From Epithemia pelagica (taxonomy: Eukaryota; Protista; Bacillariophyta), in assembly GCA_946965045.2 (NCBI GenBank), contig OX337232.1, forward strand, positions 868,001 through 932,000: a stretch of 64,000 nucleotides of DNA. The letters run 5' to 3'. A program made the position numbers and the translations under genes. The notes under the pieces were generated by a model. It was not told the DNA's origin, did no database searches, and worked only from the letters and a program-made list of their open reading frames with translations. This document shows positions 33,194 through 45,000 of the stretch, in pieces; position 1 is the stretch's first letter; each line of letters starts with the position of its first letter.

Positions 33194-35878
33194 ATGGTCA
33201 ATCGCCGCTCCCCCCGATCGTCTCCGGCAGCTTCGACCGCTGTCTCAGGTGCACCTCCTTCCCAGGCTACCGTGACCCAATTTTTCCAACCGGCAACCGC
33301 CGCCATGGCCACGGGCACTACTCCCCAGATCCGTACCCAAGCTTCCAATCCTGCAACGGACTCCCTCGCGGATACGACGACAGCGGCCAGCACTTCTACA
33401 GCTTCTATGACGTCGCGTTCCGCTCGGGCGTCGGGTCGCGGCCGTGCAACCATGGAGAATGCCCGTACTCCAGATCAAGTCTCCCTTCCGGACACTGCTT
33501 CTGAAGCTAACTCGGACTGGACCAGTGTTCCTTCGTCTACTGGTGGTTCTGGACGTGGTCGAGGCCGGGCTTCGGGTCGTGGCGGAAACCGAGGTCGAGG
33601 ACGAGGCCGTGGCAACGGTCACGGCCGACCTCCCTTGGACATTCCTGGGTCTCGTGGTGGTCGAGCAGCTGTCTTTCAAGCTTCTCCCGCCCGTCGCCGT
33701 CGTAATCGGCGGTCTCATCGACGATTGAATCGGTTGGCACCCCAGTCGGAAGAGTCCGCCCCCGACGACGTTCCGATGGAGGACGTATCTGTACCCAACC
33801 AGACTCAAGCTTCCCATGGCCAAACGACTGCAACAACTCCAGCGCCTCAGCCCCAAACTACTAGCGTGCCCACGGCTTCCCTGGCGGACGCCCCACCCGG
33901 GGCGGTGCAAGCGGCCCAGGCATCGGTCGAGTCGCCGCAACGCGGTTTTCAATCTACTTTAACCTCGGAAATTCAAGACTTGGCTCGTCAATCCCAGACT
34001 CAGCCGGCACCAGGTACAGAGGCAACCTCTACAAATGAACCAAGCCCGGATCGAGAGATGGCCGATGATCCTACGGTAGCACGCGACAACGCGACAGGGC
34101 CGCTGGTGCACATCTTTGTGAACCAGCCAGTCACCACTCCTGTTGCTACCACTCCGCAGTCTGGCACCACAACCTACGCCGCGGTTGCGTCTCGTCCAGC
34201 GGCTAGTATTCCCTCCAGACGTACACGGACTCCCATCGTTAACCCGTACCTACGTCCTCTGCGTCTCAATCCGGCCAGGCATGTGACAGCGCGTTACGAA
34301 ATTCGAGTTAATGTACCGCCATCTTCCCAGCCAGACGACGAGCTTCGCAGAGCTTTAGCTACCTACTTTGCTAAGCTCCAAGAGGTCGACGCCTCTGTGG
34401 TCCTACACCCGTGGGCCGAAGCCGACAATCGGGATAGACCGAACGGCTCACGACCGCTCCGAGCCATCTCTTCACCGAATGGGATCCCAGCGGATGTCAG
34501 TACTCTGAAAAAGTACTTCCCTCGGGCCGTCCCCCGTACGTCTGGCGGATTTGTGTATCCGTCCGTTTGGTTGGGTCATACTAAGCCCTTCTCGGATTTG
34601 GTCTCCGCCCTCTCGTGCTGGTTCCAGGCTGAACGACATGGCCTCTGGACTCGGCAGCTCCAATGCGAGACAACCTCGATCGTGGGCTGGGCTCTGTATT
34701 CGACCCAAACGATCCATGCCCCTACTCTTCGCATGCATCTTTCTGCCGAATTGGGCTTTGAAGTGGGAATCCGTTGGCGCACGATTAGCACCGGCCAATC
34801 GGGGCCCATTCCGGCAAACCAAATGGCTAAGGCCTTACATTTTGAGGTGGATCGACAGCATAAATCGGAAGCCAAGCGGCGGTTAGCGTCGATTTACGAC
34901 CGCAACGCGCAAGACTTTCCTCTTGGAATTAAGCTCCGCCTCGTCTGGCCACTGCATGACTTAATGAACATTAACACTCGGAACAAAGTGGCAGCTTTGC
35001 GATTACGGCAATTACAATTTTGCCAGTCCATGGTTAGCATGAGGACGTGGGAACTCCACGATCTGGACCTCGTGGATGACTCATCCGGCCTGTCTCTCCG
35101 GGACCGGCTCATGGACATCAAAAGTCATGCGGGACACCGTCTCTTTCATTCGGTCGATCCCAGCCATGTCGAGGGCGCCGTGCAGTTTTGTTTTCATCCG
35201 GATCGAGAGGATGAGGCCCGCACCATGATCTTGGCTCTTGTCCCCTACTTACGGTGGAAAGTGGCCTCTGCAGAGCAGGACTTGAATGATCGTGATCGGG
35301 AAATTCTGCTTTCGAGAGTGGTCTACCGCCATTTTAGTCCGGACGCTCTCGAACGAGCCGTTGGTGCAACGTGGAATCCTACTACGATGACGGTCGACTC
35401 ACCTGCCGACTCGTACAGCACTTGGGTTCATGACACGGGTGATGCGGAATTGGATTGCTCCAAAGTGGGATCTGCGGCTGCCTCCACCGTCCAGTTGATC
35501 GCGCCACAGAGTCTCGTTCGACCTCACGACGCTGCGGCCGATGCGGATAGTATTTCGACGCTGCCACAGGGAACCTCCATTGCCTCCACCGTGACTGGCG
35601 GTTCTGTCCCTTCTCAAACCAGTTCCAGAGCCAGCTTCCAACCTCCTCCTCATGCTGCGCCCAACCCCACCGTCACGACAGATTCAACGTCATCTCTAGC
35701 CTCTTCTGCCTCGCCCGACCAGGTCTTAGCACAACTGACCCTTGTCCTCCAAAACGTTACTCAAGTTCTCAATTCTAATCCCCACCATCCGGCCACTGCT
35801 GCGGTACGTGAGCAATTGTCTTCCCTGATGCCTTCCCCGACGGACGCGACACCCCCGCCGTCGGGGCAGCGTCATTAG
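33194..35878 (+). CDS. LINE ORF1 (894 aa; RG-rich and Thr/Ser/Pro-rich N-terminus, globular central region)
   Basis: First ATG inside the element, in frame with ORF 33029-35878. Open to TAG at 35878. Confidence 0.8.
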   Translation: MVNRRSPRSSPAASTAVSGAPPSQATVTQFFQPATAAMATGTTPQIRTQASNPATDSLADTTTAASTSTASMTSRSARASGRGRATMENARTPDQVSLPDTASEANSDWTSVPSSTGGSGRGRGRASGRGGNRGRGRGRGNGHGRPPLDIPGSRGGRAAVFQASPARRRRNRRSHRRLNRLAPQSEESAPDDVPMEDVSVPNQTQASHGQTTATTPAPQPQTTSVPTASLADAPPGAVQAAQASVESPQRGFQSTLTSEIQDLARQSQTQPAPGTEATSTNEPSPDREMADDPTVARDNATGPLVHIFVNQPVTTPVATTPQSGTTTYAAVASRPAASIPSRRTRTPIVNPYLRPLRLNPARHVTARYEIRVNVPPSSQPDDELRRALATYFAKLQEVDASVVLHPWAEADNRDRPNGSRPLRAISSPNGIPADVSTLKKYFPRAVPRTSGGFVYPSVWLGHTKPFSDLVSALSCWFQAERHGLWTRQLQCETTSIVGWALYSTQTIHAPTLRMHLSAELGFEVGIRWRTISTGQSGPIPANQMAKALHFEVDRQHKSEAKRRLASIYDRNAQDFPLGIKLRLVWPLHDLMNINTRNKVAALRLRQLQFCQSMVSMRTWELHDLDLVDDSSGLSLRDRLMDIKSHAGHRLFHSVDPSHVEGAVQFCFHPDREDEARTMILALVPYLRWKVASAEQDLNDRDREILLSRVVYRHFSPDALERAVGATWNPTTMTVDSPADSYSTWVHDTGDAELDCSKVGSAAASTVQLIAPQSLVRPHDAAADADSISTLPQGTSIASTVTGGSVPSQTSSRASFQPPPHAAPNPTVTTDSTSSLASSASPDQVLAQLTLVLQNVTQVLNSNPHHPATAAVREQLSSLMPSPTDATPPPSGQRH

Positions 35879-35879
35879 T

Positions 35880-38800
35880 TCCCTCGCCCCGGACCAGGAT
35901 GGTTTCTCGTCCCATCCTGCGTCCGCCGAGGGGCAGGCGAATCCGAGACAAGGGTCGAACCCCACCTGGTTTGAGCTGGCGTCTGATATCTCACCGGATG
36001 CCTTTTGGGGGGATGCTTTTCGACCACGGACACCGGATCATTGTCTTCGCGTCCTAGCTTTGAACACTTCCGGTCTCCCCACTTCTCCAAACCACGCGAA
36101 GTACCACGCATTGCAGGCTTTTATTCTTTCCAACGATATCGATATTCTTTGTCTTTCTGAGACCAACGTGGCGTGGCAACATCTTGACGAATCGGCACAT
36201 CTTTCACAAGTGACAAGGCCGTGGTTTCGGTCCTCTTTCTGTCGTACCGCCTGGTTCCGCCGTTTTCCTAGTCCCTCGGCGCGTCAGCCCGGAGGAGTAG
36301 CTATTTTGGTGCGCGACAGTCACAGCGGAAGAGTTATTGGGTCGCTGGGTGTGGGTACGCCTCCGGGGCGCTGGTGGCCAGACCATTGTGGTGGTTAGTG
36401 CCTACCGGCCAGTCGCCAACGCGAGGGATGTTTATTCGGTTTGGGCACAACAGCGAGTCCACTTCGACGGTCTCTCACCGGTGCGTCTGACGGACCCGCG
36501 ACAAGCGTTTCTAGAGGATCTGACGTCCTTCCTTTCTGAAATGCGCACTGCGGCGGACCATCTCGTGGTCTGTATGGACGCGAACGAAGACCTGACGGCG
36601 ATATCCAACCCCGTCACCGCGGCTTTTGCTTCTCTACACATGCGTGATGCAATGTTTGCTCGGCACGATCCTACCGCCGCTCCGCCCACTCACCAGCGAG
36701 GATCCCATCCAATTGACGGTATCTTTCTCTCCTCTGTCCTCCCCGCGTCCCCGTGCGGTTATCTCCCGTTCGGATCCGCTGTGGGGGATCATCGACCACT
36801 ATGGTTGGATCTCGATGTGAGCTCCATCTTTCGAACAGAGTCGGTAAACACTAGCCCACTGACAGCCCGCCGGTTGCAATGTTCGGACCCACGCGTCGTC
36901 GAACGTTATAACAAGAAACTCCGGGCCTTCTACGATCTCCATAATATTGCAGGGCGCACCTTTCGGTTAGAACAGGAAGTGGACTCGGGTCAGTGGAATC
37001 AGTCTCTCGCCGCTGAATGGGAGGCCCTAGATCGGCTCCGCGTGGAAGGAATTCGACAGGCTGAAGCTGGTTGTCGTCGTCTGAGGACAGGCAACCTCCC
37101 GTGGTCCCCCACTCTCAGTTGCGCTCTCCTTCGTCATCGTTTTTGGGACCGGCTCTGGGCCCGCTCACTGGGCAATCGGATAAGTTGGTCTTACTTGGTT
37201 CGCCTTGCTCAGAAGGCCGACCTCGTTATTCCATCGACTCTCCTTCCGCATGAGATCCAACAAGAGCGAGAGGCAGCGTGGGCCGAGTATAAACGGGTTC
37301 GAAAAGAGGCCGAGGTCTATCGCACCTCTTACCTCGCTCAACTGGCTCAAGCACGAGCGGACGCCGGTCTGGAAGCTCAGTCCTCTGCGTTAAAAGTCAT
37401 GGCCACCAGGGAACGACAACGTCGGGATGCGCGATTACTACGATCGATCCTTCGCCCTACTCACAGACGTGGCCTGGACCGGATCGAAGTTCCAGTGGGT
37501 GATGGCGAATGGGTAGATGGGGAATGGAACGGCCAGTGGATGGAAGTGACCTCTAGGACGGCCATTGAAAAAGGATGCCTTACAGAGAATGATCGGCGTT
37601 TCCGGCAGGCCACTGGGACGGACTTACTCCAGTCGCCCGTCATTCAGGTCCTGGGGCCCACCGGTTGTGCACCGGCAGCCACGGAATTACTACGCACCGG
37701 CGAGGTCCCGTCCTCCATCGAATCCCTCATTTCTGGACCGGCATGCGAATACCTTCGACAACATCATATCCCCAAAGCGATCCTGGCTGCTCCGCCGGCT
37801 GTTCCGGACTTTCGATCAGCTGCATACTCTCAGGGATGGTCCCGAATGAAAGAACACACGGCGTCAGGACGATCTGGGGTGCACTTCGGGCACTTCATTG
37901 CCCAGGCCCGGGAGCCCCTGCTGTGTTCTGTTGACGCTGCTTTGGCCCGTATCCCCACATGCACTGGCTATGTGCCGAGCCGTTGGACCCAAGGATTAAA
38001 CGTTATGCTGGAAAAAAAGGCCGGCGTAGCTAAGGTCTCAAAGCTCCGTACCATCTTGCTGTACGAGGCGGACTTCAATCAGAACAACAAGGCTCTTGGG
38101 CGGTCTATGATGGCTTTCGCGGAACGGCACCACCTCCTGGCCCCGGAGCAATATGGCAGCCGCAAGTATCACAGCGCCATATATCAAGGCCTCAACAAAG
38201 TCCTCACTTTTGATTTGTTTCGGCAACTACGCCAAGCCGGGGCACTTTGCTCCAACGATGCAAAGTCGTGCTATGACCGCATTGGTCACACGGCTGCTGG
38301 CTTAGCGATGCGACGCTGTGGAGTCCCTGTCCCGTTCGTCGAAGCCTCCTTGCGGCCCATTCAGGCGTTGAGGCACTACATTCGGACCGTGTACGGCGAC
38401 TCTGCCATTTTTTTTGATGCCCATGGACAAGAGATTCCCATCCAAGGCATCGGCCAAGGCAACGGCGGAGGGCCCGCCATCTGGGCAGTTGTGAGCACGC
38501 CTATTTTCAACGCGATGCGTCAGCGTGGATTTGGTATCTTCCTACGTTTACCTATTACGGGCGATCGGTACCTCTTTGTTGGGTATGCGTTTGTGGACGA
38601 CACAGACCTGGTTGTGAACCTGCCCGAGTCCGATGCGGCCGTTTCACCTGACGAGCGAGTGGCTCGAGTCGCGACCCGAATGCAGCAGAGTGTTACTTTT
38701 TGGGAGGCCGCCCTACGAGCCTCGGGGGGAGCTCTAGTACCACAAAAATGCCATTGGTATTTAATGGACTATACTTGGATCAATGGCAAATGGACGATGG

Positions 38801-41685
38801 TGCAACCCTCGGCCACGGACTTTCCTCTACGGGTACGTTCGCCCTCGGGGCGTTTGGTCGAAATAGAACAACTTTCTCCCCATGAGGCCCGCCGCACGCT
38901 GGGAATCCGGGCCGCCCCGGATGGAAATATGGATGCTGAGTTCGATTTCCTGAGCAAGCGCATTCAGCAGTGGACCGACCTCATACAAACACGCCGGTTG
39001 CCTCACCACCTGGTTTGGACGGCCTTACACACGGGAATTCTTAAAACAGTGGCCTATCCTCTCCCGGCCTCGACCTTCTCGGAGGACCAGTGTCGGCGGT
39101 TAATGCACCCTCTCTTACAAGTCGGCTTGAGCCGGTCGCATATTGTCCGAAGCATGCCTCGTGCAGCTGTCCATGGACCTCTTGAGCGAGGGGGATTTGC
39201 TGTTCCCAACCTGTACACGGAACAGGGTATCGCTCATGTCAGGACGCTCCTTCAATTCTTTCAGTCCCCTTCTATCACTGGATATCTCCTGCGGGCCTCG
39301 TACCAAGCCCTTCAGTTGGAATTGGGTCTCCCTGGACAGGTTCTGTCGCGACCCTTTGCAATATGGCTGAAGTGTGTGACGCCCACCTGGCTGTCTCACA
39401 CATGGGAGTTTTGCAGCCGCTACAAAATTTCGATCCCGGCTTTGCCGATTCCGACTGTGGCCCCACTCCGATGCGGCGATTGTTGGCTCATGGAGGCTTT
39501 CTTCGCGGCGGGTTTTCGATCTCCAACCAGGTTGGCTGCCCTCAACTGGTGCAGGCTTACTCTACATGCGGCCTCCTTATCGGACATTGCATCCGCCGAC
39601 AGCAAACACATCCTGCCGGCCGCGTGGACAGGCCGGGATGGACCGTGTGGGCATCGACACCATTGGAAGTGGCCCCGTACCCCACCAGCCTTGGAGTTGG
39701 ACTGGACGGGCTGGAGAGCAGCGCTCTCGGTGACCTTTGGAGTGGATCCGCAATTTGGACGCCTCAACAGGGCGCTTGGATCCTGGCACGCCCCAGCAGC
39801 ATTCGGCGCCTGCGTTCTGTACTCGCGCCGTTTCCATCGCTTATACTGCCCTGAGATCGAGACGGATAGCGCGGACCTACCTACTCGTTGGTTCGTCTTT
39901 CAGGAGTGTCCCACCTAGTCTGGCCGACCCCGTTTTTCCTTCAGTGGTTTCTCGCAGAGCTTCGCTGCCGTGTGTCTGGCCGCACCACTCCATGTTGCCG
40001 ATATATCTGTTCGGCTACAGGACCCTGCTTTCTTGGCTCGGACCGTCAAACTTCTTCAGTTTCACGCTCAACCGCTAGAGATACCCCTTCTCCCGCCTAT
40101 TTGTCCTCCCCCGACAGCTGTGGACATTGCCTGTCGTGCATTACCGACGGACTGGCACCACTGGTTCGTGCCACCCACACAGGCGACCATTGAACAATTG
40201 CTCGACGCCCTGCATAGGGGTGCTATCGAAGCAGTGTCTGATGGGTCCTCTCGAGCTGGAGTGGACGGCACGTGTGCTTGGTGTCTTGCGGCGTCTCCCT
40301 CTCAGCTGGAGTTGGTGTCGGCTGGAGTGCGCGTCCCTGGCCCGGCGGAGAGCCAACACTCTTTCAGAAGCGAATTGTATGGATTGTATAACATTGCCTT
40401 GTTTATACGTGGTTTGGTCCGAGTTGGTCATGGAAGAGGAGGACAAATCACGTTTGCCACTGACAGTACCAGTGTGCTGGGACGCCTTCTCACATCGTCA
40501 AGGCCGGCAACGGTCTCTGATCAATGCTGGGACATGATCTCAGCGGTGCAGGACCTTCTCCTATCTATGCCGTCGGTCCGTTGGCATGGCCGGCATGTAC
40601 GGGGTCACCAAGACCGTGGTGTTGCGCGGGAGGACTTAGACAGGTGGGCACTTCGTAACGTGCTCATGGATGAACGCGCCACTCAGGTGTATGAACTCAT
40701 CCCACCAGATTCTCTGCCCCCTTCCCCGCTCGGCCAAATCCCCGCCGTGTGTGTTGCCGGCTCCGTCGTGGCCTGCGACTTTACGGAACGACTCCGTCTG
40801 CACGTGAATGGCCCCGTGTTGGAGGAGCATCTGGAGCAGCATGGTAAATTTGGCGCGGGGTCTTCGGATCTCGTCCAATGGGAAGCTTATCACATCGCGC
40901 TCCGATCGCAACCTCTCAACAGACGGCATTGGATACTGAAGTCTACTATGAACCGCTCCGCTGTGGGCGTCGAAATGGTCCGCCGTCGTCAGTGGCGTAC
41001 TGCGTCGTGCCCTCGATGTGGTTTCCCTTCTGAAACCGCCATCCATGTGTTTCTGTGCCCGCATCAGGAAGTCACGACTCTTTGGGATGATGCCCTCCTC
41101 CGTCTGGATCGTTGGTTTGCTCAAAAATCTACACACCCTTCGTTAGCTGCTTATATCCTTTCTGCTCTCCGGGCCTGGCGCCATGGGGCGCCACCTCCCG
41201 CCCTCGCCTCGACGGTTCCGCATTTGTCAGCCGCCGCCGCCGCCCAGCGCCTCCTTGGCTGGGATGCGGCGTTCGAAGGCCGTTGGTCTTCTCTGTGGGC
41301 CTCGGTTCAAGACGAGTACTTTCGCTTTATCGGTAAGCGGAATACGGGGCGTCGGTGGTTGTCTGCCCTCATTGCGTTCTTGTGGAACACGGCCTGGGAC
41401 TTGTGGGAACACCGCAATGGACACCAGGTCCGGCGGGCCCAAGCACAAGAGCAGGCATTACTTCACGAGGCTATCCGCCAAGAGTATAGTCGTGGCAACT
41501 TGGGCTTGGACGCACCCGTCCAGTCTCTTCTCCGCCGACCTCTGGAGTTCCGCCTGAGGGACACTCCTGGTTACCAACGCCTGTTTCTCGTTCGGATCCA
41601 GGCTGCCCGTCGAAGGCGCCCATATCGCCTTCTCGCGGAACAACGACGATTGTTCCGACGTTACTTTCACCCTTCATCCCGATGA
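35880..41685 (+). pseudogene. LINE ORF2: APE endonuclease, RT, RNase H; frameshift near 36345 and in-frame TAG at 39916-39918
   Basis: APE LNTSG / DILCLSETN / MDANE / DHRPL. RT QYGSR, NDAKSCYD, QGNG, FVDD. RNase H VSDGS, RSELYG, TDS, HVRGHQD, MDERA. Confidence 0.9.
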
Positions 41686-42060
41686 GGGTATCGTCATTTC
41701 TACATGTTGCATTCTTTTCTTCACGTTTCTCTCCACATCCGGTCCCGGTTTTTCTCGTGTTTCATTGGGTCGACTACGGCCATGGTATGAGGTCTCATCC
41801 ATGCGTGACGCAGCGACGTAAAAGCCCTTGGCAATCTAGCGTTTTAACCAAAGATTAATCTATGAGTTGCATTTGCATTCATTGTTTCATCAAGAAATCA
41901 AGACGATACAAAATTTGTCCGGCGCAAGAGACACTGTGGTGCCTTGGCTGGCTTGTGGTGTGAGCAACACTGTGGTAGCTCAACCAGCAAATTTTGTTCC
42001 TCAAGGAATTTTGCCAGGAGTTGTTTGAAACGGTACTCAGACGTGGAATGGAATGATACG

Positions 42061-45000
42061 ATGCCGGTGAACAAAAAGAAAACAAAGACCATCCAAAAGA
42101 ACAAGCAAAATGCCTCGTTTTCCACCAATGACCTGGCGGTATTCCGCCAATTTGTCGACATCATGAAGCCTATGCTATCAGGAGAAGCCACCAATTGTCA
42201 TAATCAAAATGACTCATCCGATGAATCCGATAGCAATTTTTCTTCATCTTACTCGGCTTCATCGGATCCTCGGGAAAATGATCCATCACCGACACGCGTT
42301 ACACGCTCCACCAAGGAATCACCCACGAACGATGAAAAGTTGTCGAAGAACAGCAGCTCCAAAGGACGTCGACGATTTACAAGGTCAACAGCAACAAGCA
42401 CCTTGACAAAACACGCTGGAACTACACATAGTTCGACAAAACGACGTTCTTCGGTGGTGAATACACGCACAAAAAAGAAATCCAAAGGCACAACACAATC
42501 TTCCTCAGTGGCTGCCCTCGCCCCAAATACAGACCCTCCTACAGAAATACCTCCGACGGAAAATCAGGTGATCCCAATCTAGGTGGATGGAAATTTGGAC
42601 AAGGAACATTGGCATAGATTCAATCTCCGAGTTTTTGGCAATTCCTTCGGTGATGTTTCAAACTTAGGCACCACAAGCACCTCTGCCAGTAATACAAAGT
42701 TCATGTCACGATCTCAGTTAAATCACGAGATTTACATCAAGAAACATTGGAAGACTGGTGATCCTAATGCTCAAGGTCCAGTTTACGATGGTGCACCAGA
42801 TCCCAGAATACCACGAGGATTTCGTAAGCTATACCCACAAGGACGAAGTAATAAACTGCTACGAAGAGAAGTTAGAGCCATTCGATTGGACAATGGCGCA
42901 AACGAATACGCTTTGTTTGACCGTGACCATAGAGTTGTCGCTGCTGAAGATGTTTTCGATATAATTCGTGAGAAACACATCGAGACAGGCCACAAGCTAT
43001 CAGAAGAGACAACCTACAACGCCATAAAAAATGACTACCATAACATAACGGTTAGACAGGTCAAAGAGTTCATCAACGGATGCCCACAGTGCATGCTCCA
43101 ACATTGACCCCAACTGCCCCACAAGGGAGCTTCTAAACCGATCAGATCATTTGCCTTTCGCGATCGATACCAAGCGGACCTGATCGAAATGGACGAGGAA
43201 GGACAAACTGGTGCACGAGATATCTACGGAGTCGAGATGCACTACATTCTGTCCTGCAAGGACCACTTTTCGCAATATGTTATGCTTGCAGCTGTACCAA
43301 GCAAGAGTCCAAGATATGTTGCTCATCATTTGGGACTATTCTTTGGATTAATAGGATTCCCGGCCGTATACCAAAGTGACAATGGTCCAGAGGTCAGTGG
43401 AAACGAAATCATCGCGATGATTTTACAGAACAATCCACATATTGACACCTGCAATGGACGACCAAGAACACCAAGGGAACAAGGTTCAGTTGAACACAAA
43501 CAAAGGGATCAGGAACACCGTCCAAGCCTTCGTGGCAGAAGAGGGGGCTAGAGGCAATCATGATTGCAATTGGACAATGGTTTTGGGCAGAACAATGAGT
43601 GCTCTGAATGGTGCCTCCAGACGTACCACATCGAAAGCGTTTTCGTCTTATGAGACTGTGTTTGGAACCAAATTTTTTGCACCTACGACTGAGGTGCGTG
43701 GATACTCCAAAAATGAACTTGGAAGAGGAAGGACTGCGGTAGAAAGGTGTCTTAACTCTGGTAGCCAGGCTCTGACAGAGAAGTATGCAATAATGGGTGA
43801 GCTTACACGAGAGGACATTCCCCAGCTTCGGGATCTTGCCACTCCACGAGTAATTTATCTCATGGACCTCTACCAACGGACACATGATGAAGGTCCAGAT
43901 GCCAAGTTTATGACGGCTCAAAAATCCGATTGGTCTCTTGTCCCACCAGAACTACGGCCATTTCAACTCCCACAAGATGTTGACAATGAGGGAGAGCCAA
44001 ATGTGTTACAGCAATCTCACGAGCCATCTCATCTTCCAGACACGTCCATTGTTCCTCCCGAATTCTTGCCAATCGAGCCACCAAATGGCACACAACAAGG
44101 TGGGAAACCGAGCAGCATTGACAAAACAGACAAATTGTGCCCTGATGATGAATGCAAACCAAGTGCACTCGATTTGTCCCTTGTATGTAAACAAGTTGTT
44201 CCTCATGGGGACGCCATGGATCAGGATGGAAACATGAAGCCTAGTAAAATAGAGAATGCTTTGATGCTTTGGGAGGTGAAGCTCAAAAACCTCAAACGGG
44301 TGCAAGGAATCGGGGACAAAAAGAAGAAAACCTCGTTCCAAGAGGTGGAAAAACAAGGTGATGGACCCATGCTACAAGTCCACAAAACAGTGCCCAAAGC
44401 GGACAAGGCAAAGCCACAACTCAACAAGCTGGATCAACAAGTGGACAAGTCGGTAGACAAATTTCAAGAATCTGTGGACACGTCCTTACAACAAGCCATC
44501 AAGTCGATGCAAGAAGGAGGCAAGTCGTCGCAGCAAGCCAACAAGTCGATGCAAAGGGAGGACAAGTCGGTGCAAAAAATCAACAAGTCGATGCAAAACG
44601 CTGACAAATCGTTGCAAATGGGGGACAAGTCCATGCAAAAAACCGACAAGTCGATGCAAAATGATGACAAATCGTTGCGACCGGAGGACAAGTCCGTGTA
44701 AAAAACCGACAAGTCGATGCAAAATGATGACAAATCATTGCGACCAGTGGACAAGTCCATGCAAAAAACCAACAGTGCAAAAACCAACAAGTCGATGCAA
44801 AATGATGACAACTCATTGCGACCGGTGGACAAGTCCGCGGAAAAAACCAACAAGTCAATGCAACAGGTCAACGAGTCATTGCAAAAGGGGGACAGGTCCT
44901 CGCAACGTGTCTCAATGCAAGAAGTGGACAACCTCCCATTGCCACCATTGGACATTTTCGTGCACAAATTTAACAAACCGATGCAAAATTTCGACAAATC

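Larger units (their letters stand above)
33103..41877 (+). mobile_element. Full-length non-LTR retrotransposon (APE-RT-RNase H; Ambal-like), nested in A2
   Basis: 16-bp TSD ttcattgtttcatcaa at 33087-33102 and 41878-41893. The empty site is seen in A3 near 57788-57803. Short ttgcat-type tail. Confidence 0.92.
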
